A DNA stretch of 61,315 bases, from contig JAAKFQ010000003.1 of the NCBI GenBank assembly GCA_011064725.1, forward strand, positions 1-61,315, in the 5' to 3' direction. This document shows positions 18,110 to 27,421 of the stretch, piece after piece. Numbering within the stretch: the first letter of the stretch is position 1; each line of letters starts with the position of its first letter. The position numbers and the translations under genes were made by a program. This DNA is from Chlamydiota bacterium. Its GTDB lineage: Bacteria; Chlamydiota; Chlamydiia; Chlamydiales; JAAKFQ01. Under the pieces are notes generated by a model, which did no database searches, was not told where the DNA came from, and saw only the letters and a list, made by a program, of their open reading frames with translations.

Positions 18110-19141
18110 ATGAATAATCAACAAAACAATAACTTAGGAATGGTATTTGGATCTCATCTTGGCCTCGCTGGTGTCGCAGCTCCCTATACACAAAAAGCAC
18201 TTGAAGAAAGATTAAAGATGATTCAAGATATACAAGCCTTCTTATCTCTTGTCTTTAGTATGGCTCCTGCCATTCTAGAAAAAATGCAGACTGTAGAAAA
18301 AACATTCTACACACAAGCCAGTAAAATGATTAAAGAGCAAGCTTACGGTCAAATGGCTGCAGGAATTGCTGGAGCTACAACAGGAGCTATTGGAGCTGGA
18401 ATGGGAGCTAAGGGGTTAATATCCGGAGGTTCTTTAGTTAAAGAAGGTGGCATTCTACAAAGCTATAGCGATAAATTGAGCTTGCCATATGCAGGAAAAC
18501 TGGAATTGACATCTGCTCCTGAAACAACAACCAATCCTTTTGAAGATACTTATAAAGCACCTACAAAACAAGAGACTTTCTTCAAAGGATTAGAAGCAGA
18601 AGGAAAACTTGAACAGACACCTACACTTAAACTAGATCCAGAAGCTGCAAAAACAGCTGGAAATAAACTCTTGGCCAAAACCGAAGTTGACCCAACTGCA
18701 AAACGCTTCGCAACACAACGCGCAGGTGTTAACAATATGGGTAAAACTGCACGTACAGAAGAATTTGATAAATTAGACAGCAATACTTTAGGAAAAGAAA
18801 ATGAAGCCCTAAGAGAAGCATATGCACAAAAATTTGCAGCTAAAGCAAAAACCATCTCTGAGCAAGGAAATGCACAAATGAACGCTCTGACTGGTGTTTC
18901 ACAAAGCTTAGGAGCCATAGGTTCCGGTTTTGGAGGCATAGGTACAGGAATCGCTGGCTTAGTACAAGCAAATACTCAATTAGAACAAGCAGATACTGCT
19001 GCTGCCAAAGTTGCTAATGAATTTATCAGTCAACAATTTGGTAAATTGAGTAATAGCTCTATCGATGAATTGCAAGCTTTTGTCAACGCTTTAGATGCGC
19101 AAGTTTCTGTAGATAACCAAATAAACGAACAGCGTGGATAA
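18110..19141 (+). CDS. Gly/Ala-hydrophobic translocator-like protein (343 aa; EspB/SseD/YopD-type position)
   Basis: RBS AAGGAGAAAAAA-ATG. Patches AAGIAGATTGAIGAGMGAKG and LGAIGSGFGGIGTGIAGL. Last gene before the terminator. Confidence 0.7.
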   Translation: MNNQQNNNLGMVFGSHLGLAGVAAPYTQKALEERLKMIQDIQAFLSLVFSMAPAILEKMQTVEKTFYTQASKMIKEQAYGQMAAGIAGATTGAIGAGMGAKGLISGGSLVKEGGILQSYSDKLSLPYAGKLELTSAPETTTNPFEDTYKAPTKQETFFKGLEAEGKLEQTPTLKLDPEAAKTAGNKLLAKTEVDPTAKRFATQRAGVNNMGKTARTEEFDKLDSNTLGKENEALREAYAQKFAAKAKTISEQGNAQMNALTGVSQSLGAIGSGFGGIGTGIAGLVQANTQLEQADTAAAKVANEFISQQFGKLSNSSIDELQAFVNALDAQVSVDNQINEQRG

Positions 19142-19166
19142 AAAAAGTTCCCCTTGAAAAAAGTAA

Positions 19167-19202
19167 GCCTCTTTGGAATTTTTCCAAAGGGGCTTTTTTT
19201 TT
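19167..19202 (+). terminator. rho-independent terminator closing the five-gene operon
   Basis: Stem gcctctttgga / tccaaaggggc (one G-U pair), 5-nt loop, then T9. Confidence 0.75.
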
Positions 19203-19204
19203 GT

Positions 19205-19232
19205 TTGTAAATAATTCACAAATTTTTAAAAT
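19205..19232 (+). promoter_or_regulatory. candidate promoter of the scc4-like/cdsD operon
   Basis: TTGTAA (19205-19210), 16-nt spacer, TAAAAT (19227-19232). The ATG is at 19265. Confidence 0.35.
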
Positions 19233-19264
19233 AGAGGAGTTAGCCGGGAAATTGTGAGGTTAGG

Positions 19265-19681
19265 ATGAACTTAGAACTTTTTTGTAAAGATCTTCTAAAA
19301 GAATTAAAAGTAGATGCATCAAATATGCATATTCAAACAAAACAACCGCTTTCTATTAGACTCTTGCTTGACAAGCATTTAAACGTTGAGCTAAAAGAAC
19401 AAGAAATAGGGCTTTTGGTCTCAGCCCCCCTGTGTCAGATAGAGGCAGAAGAGATCGAAGAGGTGTATGCATTGCTCTTAGAAGCAAACCTTTTTGGTCA
19501 AGGAACGGGAACATTTGGTGTACTCGGACTGACAAAAGATGGGAAAATGCTATTGCTCAATTTGGATATAGATTTTGACTTAACCTATGTCCAATTTAAA
19601 GAAAGAATGGAAGATTTCTTAAATTATATTGAGTATTGGCAAAAAAAGATTGAACTAACGCTAGAAGAAACAAAGTCTTAA
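19265..19681 (+). CDS. class I T3SS chaperone (CesT/SycE-like; position of chlamydial CT663/Scc4)
   Basis: 138 aa, acidic. LLEANLFGQGTGTFGVLGL..DGKMLLLNLDID...F...EDFLNYIEYWQ is the typical CesT-family pattern. Immediately precedes cdsD. Confidence 0.7.
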   Translation: MNLELFCKDLLKELKVDASNMHIQTKQPLSIRLLLDKHLNVELKEQEIGLLVSAPLCQIEAEEIEEVYALLLEANLFGQGTGTFGVLGLTKDGKMLLLNLDIDFDLTYVQFKERMEDFLNYIEYWQKKIELTLEETKS

Positions 19682-19685
19682 AAAT

Positions 19686-21374
19686 ATGGCGCCGAAACTC
19701 GTTGCAGAAAGTGGTCTGTTAAAAGGAAAAGTCTATTCTCTTGAAGGACAAGAGGAATACATCCTTGGTCGCGATCCTGATCTTGCTAATATTGTATTAG
19801 AAGATCCCTCTGTTTCACGAAAACATCTATTGATCACCGAAACCGATGAGGGCTTTTTTGCGCAAAACCTAAGCTTAATCAACCCTTCGCTCTTAGACGA
19901 CAAGCCTCTAAAAGAAAAAATGCCGCTGCAAGATGGTCAAGTGCTTCAAATCGGCTCCACACATTTCCGTTACACCACAACGTTTGACGAAACCTTCAAA
20001 GTCAGTGACCAAGAACTCGACACCATCTTTGAAGAAGACCATAAAATGCCTACCTCTTTTGATTTTTCCATGCCTCCTCCCTCCCGTTATTTGCTCAAAG
20101 TCCTCTCAGGTCCCAATGCCGGAGCTGAGTTCTTCATGGAAAAAAACAAGCCCTACAAAATAGGGAAAGATCCCTTAAAATGTGATATCATATTCTATGA
20201 TCGCAGTGTCTCTTCTGAACATGCTAGCATTGAAATCAAAGACGACGGAACCATTTTGATCAAAGATCTAGACTCTCGAAATGGCGTCTTTGTATCTGGA
20301 GTCAATGTAGATGAAGACAATATTGCCTTTCAAGACGTGGTCTCTTTAGGCACCACAACCTTTGTTGTGATCGATACAGAACAAGAACAACCTACCATCA
20401 TCTCGCCTGTTCCTAGAGAAGTTCGTGCAAAAAAAGAAGCTAAACCCATTTCTAGCTGGAAAAAAATATTCGTTCCTACACAAGATCTTGCGATCGCTTC
20501 TGTCTTCACACTCATTGTGCTCATCATCGGCGTCTCCATGCTCATGCTCTTTAAAGGGACACCTAAGGAAATCGCAAAAATCGATCATACTATGGAGATC
20601 AAAAATACGCTTCAAATATATCCTTCTTTAGAATTCACTTATAACAACGTGTCAAAAGATCTGTTTTTAGTGGGTCACTTATCTACAGAAGTGGAAAAAG
20701 ATCAAATGCTCTTCGAGCTTGGCTCTCTTAGCTTTTTAAACAAAATTGATGATAACGTGGTCGTGGACGAACTCATCTGGCAAGAAATGAATAGCATTTT
20801 TGCCAAGAATAGCGATTGGCAATCTGTCACTATGTATTCTCCTGGACCTGGGCAATTTGTCGTTTCTGGATACCTAGACAAAACCGGTGATGTGGCCAAA
20901 TTACAAGATTTTATCAACCTGAACTTCAACTTTGTCGATCAACTCAAGAATGAGGTGTATGCCGATGATATCTTGACACAGGCAATCGATAAAATGCTTG
21001 CCCAAAACGGCTTTTTTAATGTGCAATCTAGTTTTGCAGATGGTGGAGCCACGCTGCAAGGTTCGATTAACTCTAATAATGAAAAGAACTATCTCAATTT
21101 ATTAAACAATTTAAGACACGTTGATGGAATTAGAAAAATTAATGACCTTGTGGTTGTGCAAAAGCAGCAACAAGAAGATGCCATTAGCCTCGGATCACAA
21201 TTTGTTGTGAGTGGAGTATCGAAGCAAGCTAACAAAAATGTCAACGTTATTATTAACGGAAAAATCTACTTTCTTGGAGAGGGTTTTGAAGGGATGACTA
21301 TTGTCAAAATCCTGCAAGACGAAGTGCTCTTAGAAAAAGATGGATTAAAATATAAGATTAATTATACTTTGTAA
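19686..21374 (+). CDS. cdsD: T3SS inner-membrane ring protein SctD (CdsD) with two FHA-like domains
   Basis: FHA-like modules (YILGRD..SRKHLLI..; YKIGKD..SSEHASI..SRNGVFV), one TM (LAIASVFTLIVLIIGVSMLMLF), periplasmic C-terminal domain. Synteny. Confidence 0.8.
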   Translation: MAPKLVAESGLLKGKVYSLEGQEEYILGRDPDLANIVLEDPSVSRKHLLITETDEGFFAQNLSLINPSLLDDKPLKEKMPLQDGQVLQIGSTHFRYTTTFDETFKVSDQELDTIFEEDHKMPTSFDFSMPPPSRYLLKVLSGPNAGAEFFMEKNKPYKIGKDPLKCDIIFYDRSVSSEHASIEIKDDGTILIKDLDSRNGVFVSGVNVDEDNIAFQDVVSLGTTTFVVIDTEQEQPTIISPVPREVRAKKEAKPISSWKKIFVPTQDLAIASVFTLIVLIIGVSMLMLFKGTPKEIAKIDHTMEIKNTLQIYPSLEFTYNNVSKDLFLVGHLSTEVEKDQMLFELGSLSFLNKIDDNVVVDELIWQEMNSIFAKNSDWQSVTMYSPGPGQFVVSGYLDKTGDVAKLQDFINLNFNFVDQLKNEVYADDILTQAIDKMLAQNGFFNVQSSFADGGATLQGSINSNNEKNYLNLLNNLRHVDGIRKINDLVVVQKQQQEDAISLGSQFVVSGVSKQANKNVNVIINGKIYFLGEGFEGMTIVKILQDEVLLEKDGLKYKINYTL

Positions 21375-21400
21375 AAGAGGGGCAAATAAAAGGGGTCTTT

Positions 21401-21676
21401 ATGTTTGGATATGAACAAAACAAAGAAAACAAACCTAACTCACTAGCTTATTATGGGTTTGAATTAGAAGATAAAATCGAAAAAGATGAAGGATACACCA
21501 AAGTCTTAGCAAAGCAAATCGATGATCGCATTTTACAAATTAAAGATTTCTTAAGACGAGGCGCGACAAAAGAAGATTTTGATAACTTAGCCATCGTCTT
21601 AAATGCTTACATCGCGTTTCAAAAAGTGATCAAACGCGTAGAAGCTCAAAAGTTATTAAGAAAAAGAAGGACATAA
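21401..21676 (+). CDS. cdsE: needle co-chaperone, YscE/CdsE-like
   Basis: 91 aa. IKDFLRRGATKEDFDNLAIVLNAYIAFQKVI parallels YscE as recalled (KKDMMRGGDAKQY...ALESAIAII). Lies before the needle gene. Confidence 0.6.
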   Translation: MFGYEQNKENKPNSLAYYGFELEDKIEKDEGYTKVLAKQIDDRILQIKDFLRRGATKEDFDNLAIVLNAYIAFQKVIKRVEAQKLLRKRRT

Positions 21677-21679
21677 ACC

Positions 21680-21934
21680 ATGAGTGATAATCCTATTGAA
21701 AAATCTAAGTTGAGCTTGCAAGCTCTACTTGATAGTTACAATAAAATAAATGCATCTTTAACACAGCAGTTATCAGATGTAGCAGCGCAAGTGTCGGAAA
21801 CAAGCCCTGGGCAATTTCTATTATTGCAAATGAAAACGTCCCAACTAGCGCAGATTGGGGAAAGTATTTCTAACATCATTGCCCAAGCAAACGCGATTAT
21901 TAAAAATACAATCCAAAACCAACGAGCCTCTTAA
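21680..21934 (+). CDS. cdsF: T3SS needle subunit SctF (CdsF)
   Basis: 84 aa helix-turn-helix protein. PGQFLLLQ turn region and C-terminal ..NIIAQANAIIKNTIQNQR.. typical of the YscF/MxiH family. Confidence 0.8.
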   Translation: MSDNPIEKSKLSLQALLDSYNKINASLTQQLSDVAAQVSETSPGQFLLLQMKTSQLAQIGESISNIIAQANAIIKNTIQNQRAS

Positions 21935-21945
21935 GGAGTCATTAA

Positions 21946-22401
21946 ATGATTAAAAATACAGAAACATTTAAAGAAGATATCCATCTTCTACTAGAAGCTG
22001 GTTTCATTGCCATCAATCAGGCAGATGAGGATTCGGCAAAAAAACTCTTTGATGCATCCATGCTTTTGGATGACAAAAATGTGCTTTGCTACGTGGGAAA
22101 AGGGTATGTTGCCTTGCATAAATTAGACACAAAAAATGCTGTAAATATGTTTGAAAAGGCTCTAGAAATTGATCCTGAAAATCAAATGGCAAGAACTTTT
22201 TTGGGTCTGACACAAATGTTCATCCCAAATAAGGTCACAAGCGGTGAAAAGACCTGCATGGAAGCCATGAAAGAAACCTCAGATCCACAAATTAAAAAAT
22301 TTGCCGAATCTGCGATTGAATTTTCAAATACCTTCATTAAAAAAGGAATGGGGGGCACTGAAAGTCCAATGAAATTACATAAAAAGAAAAAAGAAAAATA
22401 A
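21946..22401 (+). CDS. cdsG: TPR-type needle chaperone, YscG/CdsG-like
   Basis: 151 aa. TPR-like repeats (GKGYVALHKLDTKNAVNMFEKALEIDPEN). Follows cdsF as in Chlamydia CT667. Confidence 0.65.
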   Translation: MIKNTETFKEDIHLLLEAGFIAINQADEDSAKKLFDASMLLDDKNVLCYVGKGYVALHKLDTKNAVNMFEKALEIDPENQMARTFLGLTQMFIPNKVTSGEKTCMEAMKETSDPQIKKFAESAIEFSNTFIKKGMGGTESPMKLHKKKKEK

Positions 22402-22402
22402 G

Positions 22403-23101
22403 ATGGCACCAGAACCTTTAGATAATGTGAGTGATCCAGCAGGAGACCTTTCCCGCATCGATTATACGCAAGGACCCACAAGCTCAAAACAGCCTCAAAA
22501 GTCCTTCGAACAGGTCATGCAGCAAACCACAACTCCACAAGCGACCCAAGCGACCAATGTGACGCAGACGGGAGTCAGTCCTATGGATCTTGTGGCCCAA
22601 AACAAAGGTATCGTGGTTCCTCAAAATGCCGATGCCAATACCGTGATGCAATCGCTTGGGCAAGCCCAACAAAAAACGCAAGAAGTTCAAGGAAAACTCA
22701 CAGCAAATCAACCCACACTGACAGATCAGCGCCAACAAGACCTCAAAACACAGCTCTCTCCAAATCAACAGCTCCAATTTAAACAAAAAATGCAGGGCGC
22801 AAATCAAAATATCACCGACGTTTCCAATAGCCTTGGGATGGATCCTTCGAAGTTTCAACCTAAAACAGCTTCACTCGGACCTTTTGGAAAGTTTTTTGAC
22901 ATGCTCTCATCTGGACAGAAGATGTTAACAAGCGCTCGAGAACAGATGCCCTCTCTAATCCAAGGTGGCAATGTGAATCCTGGAGACTTTTTGGCACTGC
23001 AATATAAACTTTCTCTTGCCACAATCAATTTAGAATTTGCGTCTCAGATTTTAGGTAAAGGCCAAGATGCCCTTTCAAAACTAATGAACATCAATATTTA
23101 A
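22403..23101 (+). CDS. T3SS-associated protein (CT668 position); C-terminus resembles inner-rod SctI
   Basis: 232 aa. Q/T/P-rich N-terminal two-thirds. C-terminus [37 protein letters not shown] resembles the LxLQ...E..SK..K......L.K rod pattern. TAAgATG junctions on both sides. Confidence 0.4.
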   Translation: MAPEPLDNVSDPAGDLSRIDYTQGPTSSKQPQKSFEQVMQQTTTPQATQATNVTQTGVSPMDLVAQNKGIVVPQNADANTVMQSLGQAQQKTQEVQGKLTANQPTLTDQRQQDLKTQLSPNQQLQFKQKMQGANQNITDVSNSLGMDPSKFQPKTASLGPFGKFFDMLSSGQKMLTSAREQMPSLIQGGNVNPGDFLALQYKLSLATINLEFASQILGKGQDALSKLMNINI

Positions 23102-23102
23102 G

Positions 23103-24422
23103 ATGGATTTAGGCGATCAATTTGACAAGTTTCTTACCCAAATGGAAGATGTTCAATTAGCTTCTGTCAATGGACGTATCAATGAAATTGTAGGGATGCT
23201 CATCAAAGCATCCATCCCTCAAGCTAAAATGGGTGAAACCTGCTTGATCAAACGCCCAGGCAAAGAACCGCTTCTTGCCGAAGTTGTCGGGTTTACGAAA
23301 GATGAAGCTTTTTTATCTCCTCTTGGTGAAATGTCTGGCATTGGGCCTTCTTCCGAAGTGATCCCTCTAAGAGTTCCCATGAGCATAAAAGTTGGCGACG
23401 CTCTTTTAGGACGTGTATTAAACGGCCTAGGAGAACCTTTGGACGAAGATACCAAGGGCCCGCTGATTTTGACAGAACGCTACCCTGTCATGAATGCCCC
23501 ACCCAATCCACTTCTAAGAGCTCCTATTGACAAAACCATCTCTGTAGGCATTCGTTGTATCGATGGTGTGCTTACATGTGGACGCGGGCAGCGTATAGGT
23601 ATTTTTGCTGCCGCTGGCGGGGGTAAATCTACGATTTTGGGAATGATAGCACGCCATGCCCAAGCAGACATCAACGTGATTGTGCTTGTTGGAGAGCGGG
23701 GTAGAGAAGTGAGAGAATTTATTGAAAACTCCTTGGGTGAAGAGGGCTTAAAGCGCTCTGTTGTGATTGTTTCTACATCAGACCAGCCTTCCCAATTACG
23801 TCTCAATGCTGCCTACACAGGAACTGCCATTGCCGAATATTTTAGAGCTCGAGGCAGAAACGTCATCTTGATGATGGACTCGATCACGCGTTTTGCAAGA
23901 GCGTTGCGTGAAATTGGCCTCGCTGCTGGAGAGCCTCCTGCAAGAGCCGGTTACACACCTTCTGTCTTTGCTACACTGCCAAAACTATTGGAACGTTCTG
24001 GAAATAGCGATAAGGGATCGATTACTGCTTTTTACACCATTTTGGTCGCAGGAGATGATATGAACGAACCCGTGGCAGATGAAACGCGTTCAATTTTGGA
24101 TGGCCACATTATTCTCTCTTCAGAACTGGCACGTCAATACCACTACCCTGCCATCGATGTGCTTTCTTCCACATCTCGTTTGCTCAATCACATCGTCAGT
24201 AAAGAACATCTCGAATACATTGGAAAAGTGAGAGAAGTGCTTGCGCATTACAAAAAAAATGAACTGCTCATCCGTATTGGTGAATATAAACCAGGATCCG
24301 ATGCAAAAGCCGATTTTGCCATCAAATACATTGAAAAAGTGAACCGATTTTTAAGACAACGTATGGATGAAAAATCGAGTTTAGAAGAAACGGTGCAACA
24401 ACTCAAAGCCCTATTTAGATAA
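23103..24422 (+). CDS. cdsN: T3SS ATPase SctN (CdsN)
   Basis: Walker [13 protein letters not shown], Walker [13 protein letters not shown]. FliI/YscN-like throughout. 439 aa. Confidence 0.95.
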   Translation: MDLGDQFDKFLTQMEDVQLASVNGRINEIVGMLIKASIPQAKMGETCLIKRPGKEPLLAEVVGFTKDEAFLSPLGEMSGIGPSSEVIPLRVPMSIKVGDALLGRVLNGLGEPLDEDTKGPLILTERYPVMNAPPNPLLRAPIDKTISVGIRCIDGVLTCGRGQRIGIFAAAGGGKSTILGMIARHAQADINVIVLVGERGREVREFIENSLGEEGLKRSVVIVSTSDQPSQLRLNAAYTGTAIAEYFRARGRNVILMMDSITRFARALREIGLAAGEPPARAGYTPSVFATLPKLLERSGNSDKGSITAFYTILVAGDDMNEPVADETRSILDGHIILSSELARQYHYPAIDVLSSTSRLLNHIVSKEHLEYIGKVREVLAHYKKNELLIRIGEYKPGSDAKADFAIKYIEKVNRFLRQRMDEKSSLEETVQQLKALFR

Positions 24423-24427
24423 TGAAA

Positions 24428-24521
24428 CTCCAGCATAATACAAATTTTATTAAAAACTTCATCAAAACCTCCCTAGAAGAGTTTTACATAAAAACGCTCC
24501 GTTTTTTGTATTATGCAGGAG
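24428..24521 (+). promoter_or_regulatory. long-range RNA hairpin sequestering the cdsO Shine-Dalgarno sequence
   Basis: ctccagcataatacaaa (24428-24444) pairs 16/17 with tttgtattatgcaggag (24505-24521). The 3' arm contains the AGGAG 8 nt before ATG 24529. The 5' arm starts 6 nt after the cdsN stop. Confidence 0.45.
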
Positions 24522-24528
24522 CCTCATA

Positions 24529-25035
24529 ATGATTAAAAAATATCCCCTAGAACAACTGATCGCTATTAAACAAAAACGCGTCGAAGATGCTGAAAATGTC
24601 TTTATTGAAAAGAAAAAAATCTACCAAAAAGAACTCGAAAAACTGAAAAAAGAAAAAGAAAAAAAAGATGAAATCAATCGCTATTATGAAGAAAAACTCG
24701 AAGAATTTTACACCTCTTTTGAAGCAGGGACAACAAGCATTAAAATTAAACAAAAAAAGGAGTTTTTGAAAAAGATTTTAGAAGATCTAAAAGTCCAAGA
24801 TCAAAAGCTCAAAGAACAGGCAAAAAAAGTCGATGCGGCAGAAGAAGAAAGGATTGAAGCGAAAAAAATTTTGGACCAGAGACGCATAGACGTTGAAAAA
24901 ATTGAGATCCATCACGTAGAGTGGGAAAAAGAGGAAAAAAAAGAAGAAGAGCGAAAACTTCAAGTCGAACAGGATGAGTTGGGATCTTCAACATATGCGT
25001 ATCGAAAAAAACGCAGAGAAAAAGAGGGGTATTAG
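24529..25035 (+). CDS. cdsO: T3SS stalk protein SctO (CdsO)
   Basis: 168-aa highly charged coiled coil (K/E-rich) immediately after the ATPase gene, as for YscO/CT670. Confidence 0.65.
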   Translation: MIKKYPLEQLIAIKQKRVEDAENVFIEKKKIYQKELEKLKKEKEKKDEINRYYEEKLEEFYTSFEAGTTSIKIKQKKEFLKKILEDLKVQDQKLKEQAKKVDAAEEERIEAKKILDQRRIDVEKIEIHHVEWEKEEKKEEERKLQVEQDELGSSTYAYRKKRREKEGY

Positions 25036-26235
25036 ATGTCTGATGTAGAAAAAATTTCTGATAAATCTAAATTCCCAATGGATAAGCGCGAGGGCGTCAA
25101 AAAAGAGATCGATCCAACAAAATTTCGTCGTTATGTTGACAAGATACAAGAAACAGACCCAGAAGAGCAAAAACGACGCAAACTTCCTGGCGAGCAAGAA
25201 GATAAATATGTGCAAAAGTTTCCTGAAAAAGAGAATCAAAATGAGGGCAAGGGAGCAGGGCTTGGTGCCTCTCAAAACAGCCCTGATTATTCCAAAAAAA
25301 GTCAAGAGCCAACCGGCCCCAAAGATCGCACCTTCGCACCCACAGGAACACAGGAAACTGGAGACACAAAAGAGAGTGGAAAAACCAAAGAATCTGGCGC
25401 AACAAAAGAAGCTGGAAAACCCATGAAAGAAGAAAAAAAAGAGGAAATACTCTCTCCTCTAGAAATCGCCGCTTTAAAAAAAGAAAAACTCGAACGACCC
25501 ACAACAAAAGCTCCTCTAAAACTCACCCCAGAAAAAGAACCTGCTAAACTGGCACCTAAAGTAAAGCTCCCAGAGTTACCTCAAGCACCAAAAGCTGCAC
25601 CCCCACAACCTTCAAAAGTTCAAGCGCCAAAGCCTCCTGTGCAAGCTCCCAAGCAACCTCCTAAAACAACAGCTCCTGCAGCTGCCGCCCCAACAACAAA
25701 AAAAGAAGAAGAAAAAAAGATAGAACCTTCTAAAACAACTGCGCCCCTAACCGGCGCGCCGAAAACTAAGAAAGAAGCTCCAGCTATTCCCATACAAGCA
25801 GTTATTGGACAAGTTCCCATTACACCTTTGGCAAAAGAAGTCGCAGCAACGCCCCAATCAACCTACACTCCAGCTATCCAAAATCCCGAAATTTTACGCC
25901 TTTTTTCCTTCATGGTCACGCAAATCACGATGGTGGTACAACGTGGCGAAACCAATGTGACCATCACATTGGGTGGTCAAGCATTTCAAGATTCTGTCTT
26001 TAATGGTTCACAAATCGTGATCAAAGAATCGCCTCTAGCTCCACGTGAATACAATATTGAACTCTATGGAGCAACAAATGAAGCACAAACGCTTTTTGAT
26101 GCACATGCAGAAGAACTTTTGAGCGTCTTTCAAAACAAACAATACCCTTTCATGGTAAAAAGAATCTCAACATCAAAAACGAAAAAGCATATGATTGAAA
26201 GAAAACCGACAAAAGATCAGGGAGAGTTATCGTGA
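25036..26235 (+). CDS. cdsP: needle-length ruler / substrate-specificity switch SctP (CdsP)
   Basis: 399 aa. Pro/Lys/Ala-rich low-complexity centre (APKAAPPQPSKVQAPKPPVQAPKQPPK). Globular C-terminal domain (TITLGGQAFQDSVFNGSQIVIKES...YNIELYG) in the T3S4 position. Its ATG abuts the cdsO TAG. Confidence 0.6.
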   Translation: MSDVEKISDKSKFPMDKREGVKKEIDPTKFRRYVDKIQETDPEEQKRRKLPGEQEDKYVQKFPEKENQNEGKGAGLGASQNSPDYSKKSQEPTGPKDRTFAPTGTQETGDTKESGKTKESGATKEAGKPMKEEKKEEILSPLEIAALKKEKLERPTTKAPLKLTPEKEPAKLAPKVKLPELPQAPKAAPPQPSKVQAPKPPVQAPKQPPKTTAPAAAAPTTKKEEEKKIEPSKTTAPLTGAPKTKKEAPAIPIQAVIGQVPITPLAKEVAATPQSTYTPAIQNPEILRLFSFMVTQITMVVQRGETNVTITLGGQAFQDSVFNGSQIVIKESPLAPREYNIELYGATNEAQTLFDAHAEELLSVFQNKQYPFMVKRISTSKTKKHMIERKPTKDQGELS

Positions 26236-27407
26236 GTGCATTTGTAGACCATATCGAATCTACGCTTTTAGATCTTGTTGACTTTCCAAAATCTTATGCA
26301 GCTTTAGACTTACCTATTCAAGAGCTCAAAGAAGGTATCAAACAACAGCTCAATTTAGATAATTTAGAACTGCGTTTTAAACGCCCAAAAATCGAGAAAA
26401 ATACTGACTTTACCACCTCTTGTTTTGTGATTGAGTTAAAAACGGCTCTCAATGGCAATCTCTTTTTTTGTCTTCCCAATGAACATTTAAAAACACTTGT
26501 CGAAATTCTCTCTAAAAAAAAGATCGACATTCTTGATCCCGATCTTGCCAAAAGCATCTTTTACACATTGACTTTAGAAAGCTTAAATATCATGCATACC
26601 ACACAATTTTTAGAAGATCTCAATTTCAAACTTGTCACCCACGCTTCTACAATCATACCTCCTGTTTTCAATTATGAAATCACAGCAACCATCAATAAAC
26701 AAGAGTTGCATTTTTATCTCATCTATTCCAAAGAATTTGCTTTGAGTTTTGATCGTTTTATTGAACCCAATCTTCAATCCAAAATCCCCAAAGAATTTGA
26801 AAATACCATTGACTGTACCCTTAACTTACAAGTCGGATCTGTGGATTTATACTTAAATGAATTCAAAAGCATAAAAAAAGGAGACTTTGTTGTCCTTGAT
26901 CGTTGTACGATCGATCCAGAAACAACGCACGGCACGCTCAGCTTTATGTTAGATAAGCGCCCTCTTTTTGTGGGCAAGTTAAAAGAAGATAAAGTCAAAA
27001 TATTGGATATGCTTGAAATACAAGGAGAGATGATGAACGAGGACAAAATAGAGCCAGAAGAAGAAAATTGGGTCGAAAACCCAGAGATTCCAGAACAAGC
27101 TACCTCAGAAACGATGGAAAATGAAATCGAAGAAGCAATAGGAACGGCGGGTGAAAAAAAAGTAGAAAAATCCAAAGAAGCACTGATTAAATCCGAAGAT
27201 ATTCCCCTCACTATGAGTGTCGAAGTCGGCCGCATCAACATGAGCGTAAAAGAATTGTTAAATCTCACCCCAGACCAAACGCTCGATTTAAAAATCGATG
27301 TGACAAAGGGTGTGGATTGTTTGATCGGAAACAAAAGAGTTGCTAAAGGAGAACTTGTTAAGTTAGGCGATTTTTTAGGCGTTCGCATTACCGAGATCAG
27401 ACGCTAA
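26232..27407 (+). CDS. cdsQ: T3SS cytoplasmic sorting-platform protein SctQ (CdsQ)
   Basis: C-terminal SpoA/FliN-like domain (LTMSVEVGRINMSVKELLNL...GELVKLGDFLGVRITEI). The GTG start overlaps the cdsP stop (GTGA). Confidence 0.8.
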   Translation: MSAFVDHIESTLLDLVDFPKSYAALDLPIQELKEGIKQQLNLDNLELRFKRPKIEKNTDFTTSCFVIELKTALNGNLFFCLPNEHLKTLVEILSKKKIDILDPDLAKSIFYTLTLESLNIMHTTQFLEDLNFKLVTHASTIIPPVFNYEITATINKQELHFYLIYSKEFALSFDRFIEPNLQSKIPKEFENTIDCTLNLQVGSVDLYLNEFKSIKKGDFVVLDRCTIDPETTHGTLSFMLDKRPLFVGKLKEDKVKILDMLEIQGEMMNEDKIEPEEENWVENPEIPEQATSETMENEIEEAIGTAGEKKVEKSKEALIKSEDIPLTMSVEVGRINMSVKELLNLTPDQTLDLKIDVTKGVDCLIGNKRVAKGELVKLGDFLGVRITEIRR

Positions 27408-27421
27408 ATCTTTTGACTATC

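Noticed and set aside
26774-27388. 204-aa antisense ORF within cdsQ, and similar shadow ORFs (9594-10070 in tig, 3911-4354 in mreB, 18550-18939, 16712-17053, 25097-25507)
   Set aside because: All are embedded antisense to genes with clear family motifs. Their composition is Ser/low-complexity, typical of antisense frames in AT-rich DNA, and they lack plausible starts or RBS.
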